DNA of 64,000 nt from Octopus sinensis (taxonomy: Eukaryota). The notes under the pieces were generated by a model, which was not told the origin of the DNA, searched no databases, and saw only the letters and a program-made list of their open reading frames with translations. Positions 28,001-41,214 of this stretch are shown in pieces. The stretch lies in the NCBI RefSeq assembly GCF_006345805.1, contig NC_043000.1, positions 38,378,001-38,442,000 of the forward strand. The letters are read 5' to 3'. How positions within the stretch are numbered: the first letter of the stretch is position 1; each line of letters starts with the position of its first letter. Made by a program: the position numbers and the translations under genes.

Positions 28001-28222
28001 AAACATGTGTAGAAAATAATAAAAGGAATTTTGTAAAATCTTCGTTCAGCTCCATTTCTTCCCTCACTAATATAAAACTTCATTTATCCGCACTAAGGCA
28101 CGGTTGCGATACCCCATGGTCGTAACCTCAACCGTGATTTTTCTGTTGTGATTTTTGCTACCCAGGTATCGGTTATAATTTGAATAATCCGTAACAAGAT
28201 AATTCATTTATCCATTTCATTA
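25081..28222 (+). mobile_element. Penelope-like retroelement, 5'-truncated, inverted 5' pLTR fragment, inserted in (TA)n
   Basis: RT and GIY-YIG remnants; 25081-~25251 is the reverse complement of ~27884-28060; both flanks are TA microsatellite. Confidence 0.92.
25252..27319 (+). pseudogene. PLE RT plus C-terminal GIY-YIG endonuclease ORF (one frameshift, one stop)
   Basis: QFDIANFYPSI, VPMGS, LYRDD, FLDVTL; frameshift near 25847, TAA near 25925; AIYQC...LYIGAS, RISNH, CNLC..E...CPH. Confidence 0.92.
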
Positions 28223-28251
28223 AATATATATATATATATATATAATATATA

Positions 28252-28343
<92 letters not shown>

Positions 28344-28350
28344 TATAGGC

Positions 28351-28412
28351 TCTAAATGTAAAAGACTTTCTCACTTCCCGAGCGTTAAAACTAATACATC
28401 TGTTTGTTGTGA
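28351..28412 (+). repeat. Family A fragment (3' of the hammerhead core)
   Basis: gtaaaagactttctcacttcccgagcgttaaaactaatacatc. Confidence 0.7.
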
Positions 28413-28690
28413 AGCCGTGTATTGAAACAGATATTGTTGTATTTCGGGATGGTTATGCATTTTTCCCAAATAAACAGACGCATTATATGTCCGTTCTTCA
28501 CTCGTTTATTACTGTTCTTATTCTAGCTCATGTCTATTGTCCGAAATTCTTTCGTCGCACATCTGTGACCTCTTCACCGACATTTTCCGTCTTCGTGTGT
28601 GTTCTTGCTCTGCTTATTACATTCTCTAAAAACCAATATATAGTGCATGTGTTTACTTGGAAAAGAAAATGCCCATCCCGAAATACAACA

Positions 28691-28731
<41 letters not shown>

Positions 28732-29138
28732 TGTGTCTGTGTGCGCGCGGGTTTGTATGTGCGTGTACATACACATGACCCAACTTTTCATCACTTTGTC
28801 CAACATCATTTCGTCAAAGTCTTTTGGTCCGGCGTGTTTTTGTCCGATGATATTTTTGTCCAACGAATTTTTGACCAATTTTAAATAAACTCTTTAGAGT
28901 TGAAGGTGAACATCAAAATCAAATAATCATTGAGAATGTTATTAAAAGGATTTTCTCGTTTGACAAAAAAAAATTATTGGATAAAAGGACATCGGACGAA
29001 AAGACACTGTACCATACATACATACATACATACAAGCATGCATACATATATATATATGTATGTATACATGCATACATATCATACATATATACATACATAC
29101 CATACATACATATGTATATATATACATACATACCATAC

Positions 29139-29169
<31 letters not shown>

Positions 29170-29170
29170 G

Positions 29171-29515
29171 GGTAAAGTCCCCCTTCGGTCATGAATGACC
29201 ATGGAATTGCACCTAGAATGTTGCCCTCCTAGACACAAGTCCGGGCAAGGTTGTTTTTTTTTATGGAAGACCAGCAGTCGCCCATGCATACCAGCCTCCC
29301 CTCTCCACGCCACCAGTGTTATCCAAGGGAAAGACAAAGGTCGATACAGCTTGGCACCAGTGACGTCGCAACTCATTTCTACAGCTGAGTGAACTGGAGC
29401 AACGTGAAATAAAGTGCCTTGCTCAAGAACACAACACGCAGCCCGGTCCGGGATTCGAGCTCACAACCTCACGATCGTAAGCTCGACGCTCTAACCACTG
29501 AGTCATGCGCCTTCA
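29171..29515 (-). mobile_element. SINE family 3, near full length
   Basis: Reverse complement of the 7561 copy; tRNA-like head at ~29440-29515. Confidence 0.88.
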
Positions 29516-29607
29516 CATATATATATATATTATATATATATATTATTATTATTATAATTTTTATCATTATTAAGGTGGTTATTAGCAATTTAAAAACCAA
29601 AAGACAC

Positions 29608-29643
<36 letters not shown>

Positions 29644-29689
29644 ACAGATTGAGATAACAAACCCAATGCTATGAAGAGTTTTCAGGACA

Positions 29690-30200
29690 TTTATAATGAA
29701 ATAGTGTTACAGCTGTTTCTGGAATATTGTGGGTATCCCTTCATCAGAGACGGTGTGAGAAAACATTTGAGTTAGAATTGTTTTGGAAAAGTGGGAGATA
29801 GGATATAAAGATATTGTAGTTGCAGTCAAGAAGGCTTTCCGTCGCATTCTTCGAATGAGTTCCTTAGTTTTGGTGAGGAGGAGTAACTGGGAAAGCCTTT
29901 GTGACGGAATAGGTTTGTCCTTAAGAGAGACGCCAAGGAATTGTTTATCCATTATGAAAGCGTTACCTGTAATAAGTGCTTGCATTAGGGATTTGAAATT
30001 TACAGAAAAGCAAAAGACGAAGAAAGGTGTATAAATAACAAGAAGGTGTATTAGCTTGACGCTCGGGAAGGTGAACAAGTCTTTTACGTTTCGAGCCTAC
30101 GCTCATCAGCAGAAAAGAACACGATGAAATAAACTGAGAGTGAATAAAAAAAAACTTTTGGAGAGAAAACAGAGTAGAAAAATTAGAAAGTTCAAAAAAG
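29690..30200 (-). mobile_element. PLE pLTR (family A) with the adjoining ORF N-terminus
   Basis: Hammerhead-bearing repeat directly upstream of FLGVSLKDKPIPS...TKELIRRMRRKAFL, resembling the PLE N-terminal motif KNIPIPS...IKRMRWKAFF. Confidence 0.7.
30081..30116 (-). ncRNA. Variant type I hammerhead, family A (C6 plus extra U)
   Basis: tttt CTGCTGA t gag-cgtagg-ctc GAA ACGT A aaag. Confidence 0.6.
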
Positions 30201-31476
30201 TTCATAAAGGTTCAAACATCGGGGTGTATTGGAACGATTTTTCATCAACGGAAGGGTCCAGTGAAATCCATATGTATATCCAGCAGTAATCCGGGTGGAA
30301 TGGTGGTGTGTAGATGTATATATATATATATATATATACATATATAGAAAGAGAGAGAGAGAGAGAAAGAGAGAGAGACAGACAGACAGATACATCCATA
30401 TATATATATAGATGTATATGTGTGTGTATGCGTATGTGTGTGTGTGTGTCTGTCCGTGAGTGTCTATATTTGCAAACCCATTTTACACCAAAATGGCTAT
30501 TCCAAGTCTGATTAGAATTTATCGAAACTAAATAGAAAAATGTACTTGAAATTCTTTCGATGCGTGAAAAATATTTCTATAAATTTCAATGCAAAGAAAG
30601 AAAATTATTGTAGAGCTGCGGCTTGTCTTTGATGTGTTTTGTATTCCCTGTTATATTTGGTAATGGATCTACGCAGTCCTCTTGATCTCATAGTCGTAGA
30701 TCATATTATTGCTTATCGAATCAAGTAATACATTATGTTGTCGAGGAAAGGACCGTTTGAACACCATTACAATATGTCTCGCTTCATATAAGAAAATTAA
30801 ATAAAAAAAAGGAGTCTTTTAATAGCAAAACCCAACAGATGTTTTGTAGTGGATGGTGTTAGTTGTATTAGGAGCGGAGAGTTCATAATGTTTGTTTTTC
30901 TACACGTAATAATATCAATTTCACACATCGACTGCTAGAATATAATCATAGTCCATACCAGAATGTGACGAGACGGTGACATCTTGGTCAAAAAACTAAA
31001 ATCATTTGCTGCTGTTACAACTACCACCGCTACTTCTATATGTTTATGAATACATACATGCAGATGTTTATGTATTCATATACGTAAATTATTAACAAGT
31101 GGAACTAATTAGTACATAGGTAATCGTTTTTTATTTCGTATATTTTCATTTGACTTGCTTATTTTTACGCTTTGGTTTTTTGCCGAATTTTTTCATGAGG
31201 ACACATTCACCGTGGAAAATAGCGATTTTGACGTCTATATCTAGCATACAGGCTGTCCACTTTTAGTGGTTAATCCTCTAGATTTTGTATGTAAAAAAAA
31301 TTTAATCTTCGGATTTTTTTAAATATGCTAGGCCACTCGTTTTAATTGATTGATATCAATTTCTACCCTTATTTAATTTTATATATATATATATTATATA
31401 TATATATATGTATGTATATATATATATGTGTGTGTGTGTGTATGTGTCTGTGTATGTATATATATATATATATATG

Positions 31477-31546
<70 letters not shown>

Positions 31547-31552
31547 CGCATG

Positions 31553-31726
31553 TGTGCCTGTGTGGTAAGAAGCTTGCTTCCCAACCACATGGTTCCGGTT
31601 CATTCCCACTGCGTGGCACCTTGGGCACGTGTCTTATACTTTAAGCCTCGGGTCGACTGAAGCCTTGCGAGTGGATTTGGTAGACGGAAACTGTAAGAAG
31701 CCTGTCGTACATATATATATATACAT

Positions 31727-31765
<39 letters not shown>

Positions 31766-31772
31766 CATATAC

Positions 31773-31812
<40 letters not shown>

Positions 31813-32032
31813 CATGTTTGTATGTATTTGTGTGTATGTTTGTCCTCCCACCATCGCTTGACTACCCATGTCTGTGTGTTTATGTCCCCCGTAACTTAGC
31901 GGTTCAACAAGAAGGCCAATAAAATAAACACTAAGCTTACAAAGAACAAGTCCTGGATCGATTTCTGCGACTAAAAGCGGTGCTCTAGCATGGCGCAGTC
32001 AAATCACTGAAACAAGTCAAATGATAAAAGAA
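31553..32032 (+). mobile_element. SINE family 1 with expanded internal microsatellite
   Basis: Head, core and tail match the 60731 copy. Confidence 0.85.
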
Positions 32033-32054
32033 TATATATGTGTGTGTGTGTGCC

Positions 32055-32087
<33 letters not shown>

Positions 32088-32169
32088 GCTTGTATACAGC
32101 TTACACACGCATATATATACTAGTGTGTGTATGTGTATGTGCATGCATGAATGTATGTGTATATGTGCA

Positions 32170-32375
32170 CGTTCTGAGTTGAAATTCTGCTGAGGTCGAC
32201 TTTAGCTTTCATCCTTTCGGGGTCAATAAAATGAGTACCAGATGAACTGTGGGCCGTAATCGAATCCCTCCCTCCCCGAGGTTACTGGCCAAGTGCCAAA
32301 ATTTGAAGCCAATTTATCTGCATTTCTTTCCGATTTTACGTTCTGAGTTCGAACACGGCCGAAATCGACTTAGCC
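32170..32375 (+). mobile_element. SINE family 2 fragments
   Basis: gttctgagttgaaattc...gaggtcgac...tttcatcctttcggggtc. Confidence 0.7.
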
Positions 32376-32426
32376 TTGCTTAGTCTAATACTTTGCACAA
32401 CATAGCATTAATAAACGTGTATCATA

Positions 32427-33717
32427 CGAGGAGCGTTCAATAAGTAATGCCCCTGACCCACTTCCCATAGCAGTAGAACAACGAAACTTGGCACAGTTAT
32501 TAGTCTTTTTCTACATAGAAACCACCCAGAGTTACGCATTTCTCCCATCGTTTGATGCGGCTCTGGAGACCGTTTTTGTAGAAGAACCCAGCTTGGTCCT
32601 CCAACCTCAACGTGACTTCAGAAATCAAGGCTGCGTCATCTGGGAAACGCTTTCCTTTCAAAAACAACTTCATGAATAGGAAGAGGTGAAAATCAGAGGG
32701 TGCAAGGTCAGGAAAGTAGGGGGGATGGGGAGGAGTTCATAGCCATACGCCTGTGCTTCTGATCTGGCGACAAGCGAGTTGTGGACCGGAGCGTTGTCCT
32801 GCAGGAGGAGGATGCCTTTGCTGATCTTGCCCCGGCTCTTGATTTTGATAACTTCTCTTAATTTCCTCTAAAGTGAAGCATAATAGGCTCCTGCAATTGT
32901 GGTACCCTTTGCCAGGAAATCTGTCATCACTACTCCGTCCTGGTCCCAGAAGACTGTGAGCATGACCTTGCCAGCGGAGGGCTGCACCCTTGCCTTCTTT
33001 GGAGGGGGTGAGTCACGGTGCTTCCACTGCATTGACTGGGCTTTGGTCTCTGGATCATCGTGATGGACCCAGGTTTCATCCTGTGTAATCAGTCTTTTGA
33101 AAAATTTTGACTCATCTTCTTGGCACATCTCCAAATTCACCCTCGAGCACTCGACGCGTCCTTGCTTCTGGAAAGGCGTGAGCAACCTGGGAATCCATCT
33201 GGCAGACACCTTTTGCATATGCAAATGGTCATGAATGATAGTTTCCACTGACCCGGTACTAATCTTGACCTCATGGGCTATTTGGCGAATAATTATGCGT
33301 CGATCTTCCAAAATAGCAGCCTCAACTTGACGGACAGATGCCTCATCAATGGCAGAAGGGGGCGACCAGATCTGGGAGCTGTTTCCACAGAGTTCCGACC
33401 TTGTTTGAATTCACGATGCCAGCGTTTTACAAGGTCATATGATGGGGCATCATCACCATAAGTTACTTTCATTTCATCAAAAGTCTCCCGTGGTGTGCGT
33501 CCTTTCAAATACAAAAACCGGATCACTGCTCGACACTCAACAGGCTCCATTTCACACTTGACTCGGTTCAAACACCAGTAAATCAGAAACCACAATTAAT
33601 TCAGAGCTGTAATTTGCCACTTACTCTATAGAGATATAAATGATTGCACATGCAAAATTTCAGCTAGATCAAGCAACTGCAAGTGGGTCAGAGGCATTAC
33701 TTATTGAACGTCCCTCG
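32427..33717 (-). mobile_element. Full-length 1291-bp mariner with 37-bp TIRs and TA TSD
   Basis: cgaggagcgttcaataagtaatgcccctgacccactt (32427-32463) is the near-perfect inverse of 33681-33717; TA on both sides. Confidence 0.95.
32500..33550 (-). pseudogene. Mariner D34D transposase, lightly disrupted
   Basis: MEPVECRAVIRFL, APRSGRP, VSARWIP, TQDETW, QDNAPVH, PPYFPDLAPSD; a frameshift near 33355 and a stop at 32868. Confidence 0.93.
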
Positions 33718-35065
33718 TAGATAGAAAAGTTTCTGTAATTCATTTAATTATTTAAGTAAATTTAACATTCGTTTAATTGAGAGTGTACTGAGCGAGGTGA
33801 AAAACCAGTTATCCGGAAACGTTTTGGAACCAAAGGTTTCTTGAAAATCAATGTTGTAACTGTAGTTTTATGGGAGTTATCTACCTTGCTTTTAGAATTA
33901 ACCAGTGTCTAGAATCAACATGGATAACTAATATGAAATAAGCCGTCAGGGTGTAAGAACTCCGAATTTTTACAATGGAAGAGACGGTCGATCGATTATG
34001 TATGTCTGGAAATACCGGACGATAAATATATCAGAACTACAGTCTGTAAATGTATTAAACTATCGATTTTTTTAAACAATGCTCCAGTAGTAAAGACATT
34101 TATGAGATTTTCTGTGGTCTATTTAACTCATCCGATACATAACTAATTCTTATATTATCGATCTCAGAGCGATGAAAGACAAGTTTCAACTTCGGTTGGA
34201 TTTGAACACGGAAAGTAAAAAGATCTCGTGAGTAAGTGCTACCAAATGTTGTAATTTCATTTTCACCACTTCTTCAGACAATAAAATCGTGGTCTTTCTC
34301 CAGTCGAAAACGACCGATGAGAGTTCCGGAACTTCTTGCTAAAAAAAACCCTGTTTATTGTGATTAAATGAAAATACTGAACTCATTCCTTCCACCAAAT
34401 TGATATTGTGTGCAGAGAAACGTGAAATAAAGTATTCAGTACAAGAACAAGTTTCTCCCAATCAGACCCATTCCAGGAAAAGGTAGCAATAGTGTCAACA
34501 GTGACCACCCATCGGAAATGCTTCATGCGGTAAATGAAGAATTTGTTCGAAACAGGAAATATCCACAGATGTAACAATGTTACAAGAAAACACTTTGATA
34601 AAGAGTCCGACAGCTGTCGACATTTTTCGTTAGACTGACCTGGTTCGGACATTTACGTGACAACCATGATGACCAATCTCGTTCATAATTAGAAAGCTGT
34701 AATTAACAAATTTAATGGTAGCAATAAATGCTAACATTACTCCTGTGAGTGAGAGGTGTGGTCATGCGATCTGTTAGAAAGCGCAGCTAAATGTAACACG
34801 GTCCTGAGTTCCATGCACAAAGAAATCACTTATAAACTAGAAATCTATATAAACTAGAAAGTGGACCCTAACATATAATTTAGAAAGAGGACCCCTCTAC
34901 AAATTATCATTAAGTAAAATATAGTAAATCCAATTTTATCAAGAGCTTCCAAAAAAAAAAAAGCACATTCATTGTTGTCGATTCGAGATAAGATCAGCAA
35001 TTTGAGGAGAGGGAATTTGGGACTTCAGCTAAAAGAATTAAGCCACTGGGAAAAGAAACGAAGGA

Positions 35066-35483
35066 TCTTTTCGGTTTGAACGGCATTTTTTAACATAATT
35101 TCTAGGTAACTAACAAATTTTAAACTTCGTATACTGGTAGAATGTGTTTATAAAACATCTTTTTCTCTTGGCTTTATTGAGAAAATTCTATAGTTTGTAA
35201 GATATTTTTTTTCTTCAATTTCTGCAATTTCAACCAATCACTGACGTCTATTGAGGTAAAAAAAAACATTCTGTGCCGTATGAATATGTCCCTCGTTTCA
35301 GAATGCGTTTATTTACATTTGTGAAGAAAAAAAAGATACCCTTCCCCCCACCCCTAACACTAACCATAACTAACCCTAACCCTAAAACAGATTGAAATGC
35401 AATAGATCGATACTAGGGTCATAATTATGGGTGACAATTTCATATGACACCGCTAGAAAAAACTGTCGTTCAAACCGAAAAGG
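35066..35483. mobile_element. ~420-bp MITE with ~26-bp TIRs and an internal degenerate TAACCC run
   Basis: cttttcggtttgaacggcatttttt vs aaaaaactgtcgttcaaaccgaaaag. Confidence 0.8.
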
Positions 35484-35861
35484 ACCGAAACGAATGCATA
35501 CAATAGGAAAACAAGGTGCCTTATTTTATTAATCGTGGAAGAATGAAAGACAAAGCTGATTTCGGCGGGATTTGAACTCAGAACGTAAAGAGCCAAAAGA
35601 AATGTTGCTAAGCTTTCAAACGATTCTACGACGGCCATCGGAATTGTAAGATTCATTGTATAGAACTATGGTATGGATGTGTGTCGAGAGGGAGAGAGAG
35701 AGAGGGAGGGAGGGAGAGAGGAGAGAGTGTTGGAGGGATGGAGAGAAAGGGACAATGTGTAGGAGGAGGAGGAGCAGGTCAACAACAATATCAGTAACTA
35801 CTAGATGATAGCTGGTAGTAATGATGGTGAAGGGGATAACGTCGACGACGGCGGTGGCGGC

Positions 35862-35896
<35 letters not shown>

Positions 35897-36376
35897 GTAC
35901 GAGGAGACTAAGAGAAAAACAGCAAAGCAAAAACCGTTTCATATTCTCCTCACGTCATGTGCGGAGGCCGGAGGGTTGTGTTAAAACAGTGAATTTTCAC
36001 AAAACTACGATGCGTGATGGACTAACAGGACACACACACACACACACACGTAGATACTAGACAGACGCACTCAGACACACATTCATAAAAACACCTACTC
36101 ACACACACACACACTCACAGAACCACACACAATTTAATGGTGTTTTGTTTGTTTGTTTTTTTCCTTTTCACGCTTGTCCTAGTTCACCTGCAGGAAATGA
36201 AACGGAAAACGCTGTGTCTATTCGTGTATAAGTATGTCTTCTGTAAAAAAAAATAATAATAACTAATAAATAAGTAAATAAAACAGTGCAAAGTTTTGGA
36301 GGTGGGCATGTTTGTGGAGGTAAGAAACTAGTCCCTGAACCACGTTGTGGCGGATTCGATTCCACAGCACAGTACC

Positions 36377-36603
36377 ATTTATTTCTTTATTGGTCACAGG
36401 GGGCTAAACATAGAGAGGAGAAACAAGGGGTTTAAGTCGATTACATCGACCCCAGTGCATGACTGGTACTTATTTAATCGACCCGGAAAGGATGAAAGGC
36501 AAAGTCGACCTCGGCGGAATTTGAACTCAGAACGTAACGACAGACGAAATACAGCTAAGTATTTTCACCCGGCGTGCTAACGATTCTGCCAGGTCGCCGC
36601 CCT
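36377..36603 (-). mobile_element. SINE family 2
   Basis: Reverse complement of the 9519 copy. Confidence 0.88.
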
Positions 36604-37319
36604 GACCATTGCCATCAGCTCACTACCATACTAGCCTGAATGTTTGGAATACAGTGTGAATAAAATTTGCTAGACGAAAACTGTGCGGAATCTCCAAGTA
36701 ATTAATCGTGTCAGGGGGATTTGAGAACCGGTGCTTTCGCTCAAATGTATATTGTAAAGCTTTCCAACGAGTTATTTCCTCTTTCTTCAACTTCGCATCT
36801 TGAAAAGCCGAAGAAAATTAAAATAGTATTTAAGCATAGTCTTGATGATAAGGATGATGGCTATCGGTGTTGTTGTTGTTGTTGTGTTGTTAGTGTTTAG
36901 CCCTTGGCAAGTTCCGACTCAACAAACCTATGCTCAAAAGTACTAAAAACTCTTTGTAAATTCACCTAATAATTCCACTTAACAATACAAAGCTTTTAAG
37001 CTACGTCTGTTTCGTCGAGTCTTTTCGTATTTTACTGACGAGTCTATCGATGTTAGATGGATATTTAACCGCTATTTCTAGCAGGTCTAGCAACGGCATA
37101 TATATCGAATACAAAGAGAAGAAGATGATGGTGATGATGATGACGACGACGACGATGATGATGATGACGACGACTACGACAATGGGGAGGAGAAGGGGAG
37201 GAGAGATAGAGGAAAAGGGGCAAGTAGGATGGGGGGGGGGATACTGCGGCTGTTCAGGCTATTGTCGGTCATAATGGTGATGGTGGTAGGGATGATGATG
37301 AGAAAGAGGAGGAGAAGAC

Positions 37320-37361
<42 letters not shown>

Positions 37362-37792
37362 AAACTATGACGCAAACGATGATGTGGTGATGATGATGAT
37401 GAAGTGGTGATGGAAGAGGGCAGGTGAGAAATCTAGTAAGGTGATAAAGATGATGGTGGGTGCACAAATAAGTTCGGATTATTTAAAGTAACAAATATTG
37501 TCTGCAATCATAGAATAGGAAATGCTTCTTGTCTGCAGATTTGTTCCGGTTTCGGAGAATGAAAACAAAAGATATTGTCTGTCATAAAGGAAACGAAAGA
37601 CGAACTTCAGAGATACATAAACAACTACTTATATTACATAGACATATGCATACACACACATATATATACACATACACAAATATATATATATATATATACA
37701 TATATATGCATATATATACGCTTATATATGTATGTGTGTGTTTGTATATATATATGTGTGTATATGCATACATACATACATACATACATACA

Positions 37793-37828
<36 letters not shown>

Positions 37829-37836
37829 TACATATA

Positions 37837-39813
37837 ATCAAAATAAGCAACGAGGATATCCAGAGGTAATGCAGTACGATCGTTTCATGTAACTCCATTT
37901 AATTGAACAATGCAATCATTACTTCAATTTAAAATGTAGAGCAATCTTCAGCTGCACAAAGACATAACATTTAATTAAATCAGAACAGATGGACACATTA
38001 GTATAATTATACCTAATATCTCCAAGAAGTTAAGGAGATAGATAAAGAATATGTTGTCTCTACTTCAGCATAGAAGTTACTAAAATTATCAAGAAGACTC
38101 TGCCTGCCACTGATTTTTAATTTTTATTTTATAGACTAGTTTATCAAATCCTTTGTATATCTAAGGCTGAGAGAACAGAGGGCAGTATCTGTTATGGGTG
38201 GAGCTGAGTGGAGTAGACAGACATTCTAGTTGGTAAAGTCATTAAAATTACTTGATTAATCTCTTTCTTAAATGGCTCTACCCTCATATATAAAGGGCCC
38301 TTCATATAAATAACCCTTCTAAATAAGTACCATTAAGAAACTATAAATATCATGTAGGGAGTAACAATAATAACTTCTTAAACTTATAATATAACCCTTA
38401 ATTTTTAAAATGATTACTGTAAAATATGATTGTTCCATAACTTAAATATTCCTTTAGCCAATATCAAACATCAGTCTTTTATTCATATTAGCCAATAAGT
38501 AAATAAATAATTTTTAGTCTAATATATTTTGAATTGTTATACTTTTTCTAAAAATCTTCTCTATTTGTGTTAACAAGCTACATATACTTTATCATAGTAG
38601 TAGTAATTGAGCCATTTTACTTCCTTTTCTTTGGTGTTCTGCCCTACTTGATTATTTTATTTTATTTCTTTATTATTATATAATCAGCCTTTATTTATTT
38701 ATGAAATTAGTCTAATTTTTGTATCTCTATAAATTCATACTTAGCTTATATGAAACTATACTGGTATATTCACTAATTATAAAAAAAAATGCTTAGATTA
38801 TAATTTTATTAATATATAATTAACATGTTCCTTTACCTCAATACTCTTTTATTAATAACAGTATATACCTATTTCTTTATTACCCACAAGGGGCTAAACA
38901 TAGAGGGGACAAACAAGGACAGACATAGGTATTAAGTCGATTACATCGACCCCAGTGCGGAACTGGTACTTAATTTATCGACCCCGAAAGAATGAAAGGC
39001 AAAGTCAACCTCGGCGGAATTTCAACTCACAACGTAACGACAGACGAAATACCGCTAAGCATTTCATCCGGCGTGCTAACGTTTCTGCCAGCTCGCCGCC
39101 TTATATAATAACAGTATATACCAATTAATCAATATTCACAGATACCATCTGATGAGTTATTATTTAAGTATGCAATATGTATAAATATTAAACTATTTCT
39201 GGATAATTTCTTTTCCTCCCTCTATTCTGGTAAGACGTTTAGTATATACCCAAAAGTATTCATAAATTTGTATCCTTTTGTTAAAATATTCTTCTTGATA
39301 ATCTTCTTGATTACCCTAAACTTTAACTGTATACATAGCAATATTGTTTAATATTTTTAACTATAGTACCATGTGATAAGACTTCCCCTGTTTCATTATC
39401 AACAGTCTGCTAGTGGGCGACCCCCTTAATTATCAGCTACCATCTTGTTCTACGTTTTCCTTAACTAAACCTCATGAAATTGATTATAATAAAACTTGAT
39501 TTTTTTATGACTATACCAACTAGAATGTCTGTCTACTCACTCAGCTCTACCCATAATAGATAATGCCCTCTGTTTTCTCAGCCTTAGATATACAAGGGAT
39601 TTGATAAACTAGTCTATAAAATTCTTGGAGATTTTAGGTATAATTATACTAATGTGTCCATCTGTTCTGATTTAATTAAATTCTATGTCTTTGTGCAGCT
39701 GAAGATTGCTCTACATTTTAAATTGAAGTAATTATTGCATTGTTCAATTAAACGGAATTGCATGAATCGATCGTACTGCATTACCTCTGGATATCCTTGT
39801 TGCTTCTTTTGAT
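37837..39813. mobile_element. ~2-kb element with very long (~330-430 bp) TIRs
   Basis: 37837-~38265 is the reverse complement of ~39490-39813, apart from a ~95-bp left-arm-only segment. Confidence 0.85.
38870..39105 (-). mobile_element. SINE family 2 with a 17-bp target-site duplication
   Basis: taataacagtatatacc at 38853-38869 and 39106-39122. Confidence 0.92.
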
Positions 39814-39901
39814 GTTAATCACCTTACTTTGAAATTGTATGGATAATACCGTACTAAATTCTGGTGCCGTAACTTAAGTACCATATTCATCTGAATATAT
39901 A

Positions 39902-39939
<38 letters not shown>

Positions 39940-40051
39940 GCTAATAGAGCACAGAAAGTGTGTCTATAGCCAGCTGGAGGAGGTGTCCTACAAACTACAG
40001 TAGCATCCACCCTTAGGGGTTAGCCATATTTGAATGGCAAATATACGTCAC

Positions 40052-40114
<63 letters not shown>

Positions 40115-40889
40115 TATATACGTATATATACATATACACACACATAGAGATGGATGCATACATTCTGAAAGGTATGTATATGTATGTGTGTGTGTATATA
40201 TATATGTATTTATATTTATATGTATATATGTATTATGTATATATGTATAGTGTGTGTGAGTCTGTCTGTATCTTTCCTTCAATATACCACTACGTTCAAG
40301 TTCTTTTCCTATTTCAGATTTTTCAGATTTTCTTATAAGGTTTTTACAGCTCACTCGGAACAATAAAGTTCCTAATTTATATTTGAAGTTTCCGGACATT
40401 CACAATCTCATTTTAAAGAATTGGAGTGTATAAGCGTATTCCTATTTTTCTGACACACACGCACGCATGCACCCACACATGCACAAAGAGAAAGAGAGAA
40501 AGAGAGAGAGAGACAGACAGAGACAGAAACAGAGATACGCAAATTGCTCTTACAATTTTAGTGAATGTAAGTATAAGCATGCGTGTTTTCTCGTGCGTAT
40601 GTATATATGAATGCATGCGTTTACAGTGAAAGTTCGATAAATGATATTCTTTCAAAATTATTATAGGTTGAAAATATTTGTTTAATTAAATATTAAGTTC
40701 ACTTGATCGACATCGATTTCTAAGTTTGTTGGTGTGTAATGCTGTCAATAATGTACAATGCATACATACATACGCACACATGCATTCATACGTACATACA
40801 CATATTGTTACCTTTCTATAGTGTGTGTATGTGTGAGAGAGAGGGAGGGAGAGAGAGAGAAATATAGGAAATATTGGTAAATCTGCTGT

Positions 40890-41140
40890 TACTCTTTTCA
40901 GCTTAAAAGTTCAGGTTTATACCTGTAATTATCGGGGCCCTGGTATATGTAACACCCTGCCTAAAGACCAATCTTGAGAAATTAGGTCTCTCAAAACCAG
41001 ATAGAAGAAGGCAAATTCGAAGACTACAGATCCACTCCATCACTGGGACTGTAAAAATCTGTAAAACTTTCCAGTTTATCATTTAGATATATATGAGCCT
41101 GTAACTTTATGCATGAGAATACATGCATAAAACATACAAA
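40890..41140 (+). mobile_element. 3' end of an RTE-like LINE
   Basis: IPVIIGAL...LEKLG...IRRLQIHSITGTVKICKTF* (40919-41086), then a short UTR and (ACAT)n tail. Confidence 0.7.
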
Positions 41141-41214
41141 TCTACACATACATACATACATACATACATACATACATACACACACACACATACATAAATG
41201 TATGTATGTACGTA

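Noticed and set aside
34383-34652. 89-aa hydrophobic minus-strand ORF
   Set aside because: No recognisable family and no clear splice boundaries.
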